Shown piece after piece: positions 59,175 through 64,000 of a stretch of 64,000 bases of DNA; position 1 is the first letter of the stretch, and the number at the start of each line of letters is the position of its first letter. A program made the translations under genes and the position numbers. The DNA is from Patescibacteria group bacterium. GTDB taxonomy: Bacteria; Patescibacteriota; Patescibacteriia; UBA9570; JAHJKD01. The stretch lies in the NCBI GenBank assembly GCA_043798935.1, contig JAZDOC010000017.1, forward strand, positions 64,381 through 128,380, written 5' to 3'. Below the pieces are notes generated by a model. It had not been told where the DNA came from and made no database searches. It saw only the letters and a program-made list of their open reading frames with translations.

Positions 59175-60071
59175 TTAGGCTATCTCTCTTAATTTGGCGA
59201 TACGTTCATCGATTGGTGGGTGAGTGGAAAACATGTTTCCAAAAAAACTTTTTTGTGCGAAAGGACTGGAGATATACAAGTGAGCCGTAGCTTTATTAGC
59301 GTGTGTTAACGGGGTGGCTTGAGTTTTAATTTTTTCTAATGCTCTGGCTAAACCCTCAGGATAGCGTGTTAAAAGTACGGCTGATCCGTCAGCTAAAAAT
59401 TCACGTTTTCTGGAGATTGCCAGTTGCACAATTTTAGCTAAAACAGGGGAGAGAATGGCAAAAACTGCGCCGATTAATAAAAATACCAGCTGAATACCGC
59501 CGCCACCGCGATTATTAGAGCGATGTCCACCAAAAAAACTAAATCGAAACATCCAGTTTGCAAGTAGAGTAATAAAGCTCACGCAAATTATCACCAACAT
59601 CATCAGCCTAATGTCGTAGTTTTTAATGTGCGATAATTCATGGGCGAGAACGCCTTCTAATTCTTCATTTTCTAAATTATCAATGGCACCCTGAGTGATA
59701 GCAACAGATGAATGTTCGGGGTCGCGGCCGGTGGCAAAAGCGTTGATGGCCGGGTCGGGGATGATATAAATTTTTGGCATAGACAAGCCGGCCGCAATAC
59801 ATAAATTTTCTACCAAATTATAAACATAAGAATTCTGTTCTTTATTAATCGGGCCTTTGGCGCCGGCTGTAAAAAGCGCTAGTTTATCGCCGGCGTAATA
59901 GCCGAATAACGAAGAGGCCGTTGCTATTAACACAGCCATTATTAAGCCTACCCAGCCTTGTTCGATAGTGTAAGAAAATATAAAACCCAATATTAAAATA
60001 AACACAATAAATAAGCTCATTAATAGAATAGTGCGACGTTTATTTGAAGCTATTTGGTTGTAGACGTTCAT
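59175..60071 (-). CDS. htpX: Zinc metalloprotease HtpX (M48)
   Basis: NAFATGR, VLAHELSHIKNYD, ISRKREFLAD, FSTHPP. Confidence 0.95.
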   Translation of the reverse strand: MNVYNQIASNKRRTILLMSLFIVFILILGFIFSYTIEQGWVGLIMAVLIATASSLFGYYAGDKLALFTAGAKGPINKEQNSYVYNLVENLCIAAGLSMPKIYIIPDPAINAFATGRDPEHSSVAITQGAIDNLENEELEGVLAHELSHIKNYDIRLMMLVIICVSFITLLANWMFRFSFFGGHRSNNRGGGGIQLVFLLIGAVFAILSPVLAKIVQLAISRKREFLADGSAVLLTRYPEGLARALEKIKTQATPLTHANKATAHLYISSPFAQKSFFGNMFSTHPPIDERIAKLREIA

Positions 60072-60155
60072 GTTTAATTAATATTGAGTTTAAATTGAAA
60101 AGGCGAATTTAATAGCAATATTTTTATAGCAAAATTTAGAATTATACAGATATTC

Positions 60156-60728
60156 TTAGAATTTTACAGTTACATTTTCACGCTCACTAGCATCGGCTAC
60201 TTCGTAAAAAGCGCGTTTAGCAAAGCCTAGCATGTTAGCAATTAAATTGTTTGGGAATACTTGAATTTTAATGTTGAAGTCACGAACCACGCCGTTGTAG
60301 AAGCGGCGGGAAGCTTGGATTTTGTTTTCCGTGTCGGAAAGCTCGTCTTGAAGCTTGGCGAAGTTGGTATTGGCTTTTAAATCCGGGTAATTTTCCGCTA
60401 CGGCAAACATGCTTTTTAAAGCGCCCATTAAATTGTTTTCGGCTTTGGCCATTTCTTCCGGCGCCTTGGCGTTCATGGCCGCACTGCGGGCAATGGCGAT
60501 GTTTTCTAATACTTGTTTTTCATGTGAAGCATAGCCTTTAACGGTTTCGATTAAATTGGGGATTAAGTCGTGGCGGCGTTTAAGTTGAATGTCGATATCG
60601 CTCCAGCCTTCATCTACTTGGTTTTTAAGTTTGATTAAACCGTTGTAAACGGCGATTAACCACATAGCAATAGCTACGATAGCTACTAAAATGACGATCA
60701 ATCCAATTCCTAAAATAGAAATTATCAT
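60156..60728 (-). CDS. lemA: LemA family protein
   Basis: WSDIDIQLKRRHDLIPNL, AVAENYPDLKAN, RRFYN; upstream of htpX. Confidence 0.96.
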   Translation of the reverse strand: MIISILGIGLIVILVAIVAIAMWLIAVYNGLIKLKNQVDEGWSDIDIQLKRRHDLIPNLIETVKGYASHEKQVLENIAIARSAAMNAKAPEEMAKAENNLMGALKSMFAVAENYPDLKANTNFAKLQDELSDTENKIQASRRFYNGVVRDFNIKIQVFPNNLIANMLGFAKRAFYEVADASERENVTVKF

Positions 60729-60761
60729 ATTTTTTATTATTAATTATTTATATTATTTAAA

Positions 60762-61271
60762 TTATTCGTTAATAAATAAATTGACCTGGTTGCAGTAAAA
60801 CTGTGTTTGATTCAGAATGTTTTCCGTGGCTAAAGCGTATATATAATCGCCGGTTTTTAAATCTGAAAGCGTAATTGCGATATTTTCATTGGTATTTAAG
60901 TTTATTTTGCCATATTGGGTTTTATCGTCTATTTGAACAACAAAATTTTGGCCGGCATTTTCTTTTTCAGCCATTAAGCCGTTAATGATTATTTTGTCGG
61001 CTTGGATTTCCGAAATAACGCCTTCGCGGCGATAAATTTTTGTGATTGACGGTTCAACGGAATCAGTATTTATAGCAGTGTTTGTATTTGGGTTGGCAGC
61101 GGATTGATCTGCATTAATAACAGTAGCACTAGCTGGTGATAGATGAGAATTATCTTTAGCATATAAATAGCCATATCCGGTAATGCCACCAATAATAAAA
61201 CCAACAATAATGCCACCAATAAAAATGAAAACATTAATGCTTACCACTGTGAAAATTTTGTTTGTTGACAT
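60762..61271 (-). CDS. Membrane-anchored hypothetical protein with a small beta-barrel-like domain
   Basis: N-terminal TM; GVISEI...VQIDDKT...ITLSDLKTGDYI. Confidence 0.75.
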   Translation of the reverse strand: MSTNKIFTVVSINVFIFIGGIIVGFIIGGITGYGYLYAKDNSHLSPASATVINADQSAANPNTNTAINTDSVEPSITKIYRREGVISEIQADKIIINGLMAEKENAGQNFVVQIDDKTQYGKINLNTNENIAITLSDLKTGDYIYALATENILNQTQFYCNQVNLFINE

Positions 61272-61357
61272 TGCTTATGCGAAATGTTAAAATTTTAATA
61301 TAAAAACTGTTTTTGTCTTGTATATTATATAATTATTCGTAAGCTTTTGTCAAAAAT

Positions 61358-63565
61358 ATGTTTTCACGATGGAAATTAATTTTACTAGTAATAATGGTCG
61401 GTGTTTTTATTTTTGTAAAAGCGCCTATTGATGCTGAAACTTGGCAAGAACCAACTAGTGGTTGTTCTCCGGCTTCTGATCCGTCTTCGTGCAACATTTC
61501 CGCACCCCTGAACACATCTATAGATAATCAAACCAAAGACGGCTCGCTTTCTATTGGCGGTGATTTATCTACTAGTGGCAATTTAACTGTTACTGGCAAT
61601 GCTAGTGCTAGTCTATTAACAGCTTCTACATATGTATATACTCCAAAAGTAACCGGTAACGGTGTTCTTATTTTAAATTCTACTTCTGGAATAGTTAATT
61701 TTGGTAGTGGCTCCGGTGCTACAATTAGATCTGTAGGAAGTTTCACAGCCAAAGAAAACGTAACAGCTGAAAAAAATCTTACTGTTCAGGGAAGGTTAAC
61801 CGCTCAGGGAAGTTTAATAATTCCTAACGTTACCTCACCATTAGCTACAGCCTTAAATGGCTCTATTATCAATGATAGCGGAACCTTTAAAATATATGAT
61901 TCCGGAACTTGGAAAACCATGTTACTAGAGCCGGAAGTGTGGGTTAATGAAGCCGGCGGGGATACGATAACTTTAGCGGCCGCTTCTACGGCTGTAAACG
62001 CTTTAGCCATAAACAATTTAAAAAGTGGTGCTACTGGTTTAGATATTACGCAAACACTGGGTAGTAATCCGGGGATTTCAGTTACAAACACTAGTACTGA
62101 TGTAAATGCTCTTGGTGTAAAAATAGATAATAGTAAAGGTATTGGTTTAGATGTTGATACTCAAGGTACCTTGGCTGTACACGCCTGCAATGATGGTAAT
62201 AATTGCGTAGATTTAGGCACTAATCAAAATGCTGGGGAGTTTCATGGGTATGTTACAAGTGATAACCTAATAACAGCCGACGGTTTTTTAGCAACTAATA
62301 TGAAATATTCTTCGCAGAATTCTTTTTCCAGAAATGTAGTTTATCAGACTGATAGAATTGGTTTTGCAAGATCAAGTGTTTTAAGATATCACTCTATTAA
62401 CGCCATGGTCTGGGATGGAAGCTATATGTATTTAGCCGGTAATGAGCTAGGTAGTGATTATAGAATATTAAAAACACGCGGTGGCGCCGAGCCAGAATAT
62501 ATTCACGATTATGAGCCAACCGCTTTAATATCATTTATTCCGGAAGATGGAGTGGTTATAGCAGATTACATAGTTTCAGTAGATAGTGGTAATTATTATC
62601 CTGGCAATTGTACGGTTGGAATTGTTGATAAAGAAGATTTTACTGATAATACTGTTTTTTTAACAGGTCAATTAGGATGCTATCATATTATTTCTGATGG
62701 GCAATATGCCATAGTGCCGGTTGAAAACACAAAAAAAATTTATTTTATTAATCCAAATAGTTCAGCAATTCCTGGTAGCATTGATATTTCAACAAATTGT
62801 TCAGTACCAAAAGATGTAGTATTTGATGGAAATGATTTGTGGATTACGTGTGAAAATCCAGGCGCTGGTAAAATAATAAGATTAGATTATTCATGCACAA
62901 CTTCTACTACTGTTTCATGTAGCGGAACTCAGACTGTTTATGACGACCTAGTCGGTCCAAATTTGATATTTTTTGATGGAAATTATTTATGGGTAACATA
63001 TAATAATCCAAGTGTGGGCGCGAAAACATTGCGCAAACTAGATTTTAACAATATTGGCCACTCCACCAGTCTGCAAGAAAAACTTTTTTATACCAGTAGC
63101 GATGTGGGTGTTAATACTTTAGATATTGAATTTGACGGCAGTAATATATGGTTGGCTAATGGTGCGACCGAGGAATTAAATATTGTGCCGGCAGCTGGTG
63201 GAGTAGTAAGTAAAATTAAATCCTTTAATGATACCACGGGGACGCCCGGTACAACTTCAGATAAGCCGAAAAGATTAGCTTTTGATGGCACTAATATTTG
63301 GATGACTTATATAGATGCTGATTACAGAACCACCGGAGAATATGGATTAAAAATGTTTAGCACTGGTAATGGTAGTTTTGGTAACGATAGTCAAAGGCAT
63401 TTTAGAGGAATTATTATGTCTACCGATGATAACCAAAAAACCGTTTGTTTATATATTGATTTTGATCCGTTTGCCACAACCCCACCAAAATATCGTACAG
63501 CCATAGCTATTAATGATCCAGCCGATCCAACATATACGAATTATAAAAATTATTGTGGGTATTAA
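61358..63565 (+). CDS. Secreted surface protein with a beta-rich stalk and a C-terminal beta-propeller
   Basis: Signal peptide; WQEP...NISAPLNT...QTKDGSL; G/T/N-rich strands; repeated FDGxxxW blades. Confidence 0.85.
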   Translation: MFSRWKLILLVIMVGVFIFVKAPIDAETWQEPTSGCSPASDPSSCNISAPLNTSIDNQTKDGSLSIGGDLSTSGNLTVTGNASASLLTASTYVYTPKVTGNGVLILNSTSGIVNFGSGSGATIRSVGSFTAKENVTAEKNLTVQGRLTAQGSLIIPNVTSPLATALNGSIINDSGTFKIYDSGTWKTMLLEPEVWVNEAGGDTITLAAASTAVNALAINNLKSGATGLDITQTLGSNPGISVTNTSTDVNALGVKIDNSKGIGLDVDTQGTLAVHACNDGNNCVDLGTNQNAGEFHGYVTSDNLITADGFLATNMKYSSQNSFSRNVVYQTDRIGFARSSVLRYHSINAMVWDGSYMYLAGNELGSDYRILKTRGGAEPEYIHDYEPTALISFIPEDGVVIADYIVSVDSGNYYPGNCTVGIVDKEDFTDNTVFLTGQLGCYHIISDGQYAIVPVENTKKIYFINPNSSAIPGSIDISTNCSVPKDVVFDGNDLWITCENPGAGKIIRLDYSCTTSTTVSCSGTQTVYDDLVGPNLIFFDGNYLWVTYNNPSVGAKTLRKLDFNNIGHSTSLQEKLFYTSSDVGVNTLDIEFDGSNIWLANGATEELNIVPAAGGVVSKIKSFNDTTGTPGTTSDKPKRLAFDGTNIWMTYIDADYRTTGEYGLKMFSTGNGSFGNDSQRHFRGIIMSTDDNQKTVCLYIDFDPFATTPPKYRTAIAINDPADPTYTNYKNYCGY

Positions 63566-63593
63566 AAAAGTTAGATAATATTTTGAATTTCAG

Positions 63594-63619
63594 ACCTCGA
63601 ATTAATTCGGGGTTTTTTT
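63594..63619 (+). terminator. Terminator (GAATT(T/A)ATTC hairpin family)
   Basis: ACCTCGAATTAATTCGGGGT followed by a T run. Confidence 0.7.
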
Positions 63620-63814
63620 AATAAAACATAAACAAAAAACATGCATAATAAATGTATGCATCTTGTCCACATATGAACCTTGACAAAGAGGCTAAAATGT
63701 CTTTTTATTAAGGTAGTAAACGGTTTAAGTAAACATTTCTTGAGCAGTAAAAATAATATAAAAAATAAGTTTTATTTAATAACAAAAATAAATAATTTTT
63801 TTAACTACAAATAT

Positions 63815-64000
63815 ATGGCAATTAGCAAAATTAAATTAGGGGGATTAACAATTGTTGCAACCATGCTTTTTATCTTACCTTTACATACATCAGCCACGGT
63901 TAAATTCGGCAGTGTTAAGGTAGTGAAAACCGAAAAGCCGGCAGTACAAACTACTGTGGCTAAACCGGCAAACACAACTCAGCCCGCAGCTAAGGCCGAT
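63815..64000 (+). CDS. Secreted protein, truncated by the window end
   Basis: ATG63815 MAISKIKLGGLTIVATMLFILPLHTSATVKFG...; signal-peptide-like and open to the window end. Confidence 0.7.
   Translation, partial: MAISKIKLGGLTIVATMLFILPLHTSATVKFGSVKVVKTEKPAVQTTVAKPANTTQPAAKAD

Noticed and set aside
1-64000. Alternative genetic code (TGA=Gly, code 25)
   Set aside because: Conserved genes are intact under code 11, and comM, leuS and rsmA end at TGA at expected lengths

Overview
AT-rich bacterial chromosomal segment using genetic code 11, most consistent with a Patescibacteria/CPR (Parcubacteria-like) genome. That placement is inferred from gene content, tRNA-Arg(GCG), mostly SD-less starts and Asn-rich membrane-anchored hypotheticals. 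Left arm (1-20 kb): two large orphan genes, rpsO, pnp, gmk, a DnaA-box cluster followed by a promoter- and terminator-bounded ~360-nt structured non-coding unit, a dksA/traR-like gene, lspA, comM/yifB, rsmI, a response regulator, a LysM-M23 peptidase, a REP-associated tyrosine transposase with its palindromes, leuS, tsaC and rsmA. Centre (20-49.3 kb): a co-oriented ~29-kb type IV secretion-like locus with no relaxase, integrase or VirD4 in the window. It encodes a 4542-aa acidic Cys-rich surface protein (two vWA domains, TSP3-like repeats, CBM-like and PKD-like modules), an extended VirB6-like protein, PrgI, VirB4, a VirB8-like protein, two VirB2-like pilins with different C-terminal cargo (one an M15 peptidase), a beta-propeller protein and a DsbA homologue lacking CxxC. 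Right arm (mostly minus strand): recG abutting tRNA-Arg(GCG), a DedA/GT4/PAP2 cassette, two tRNA-Ser, comF, clpC, htpX, lemA and secreted proteins. All calls come from reading motifs by eye; no database searches or folding programs were run.
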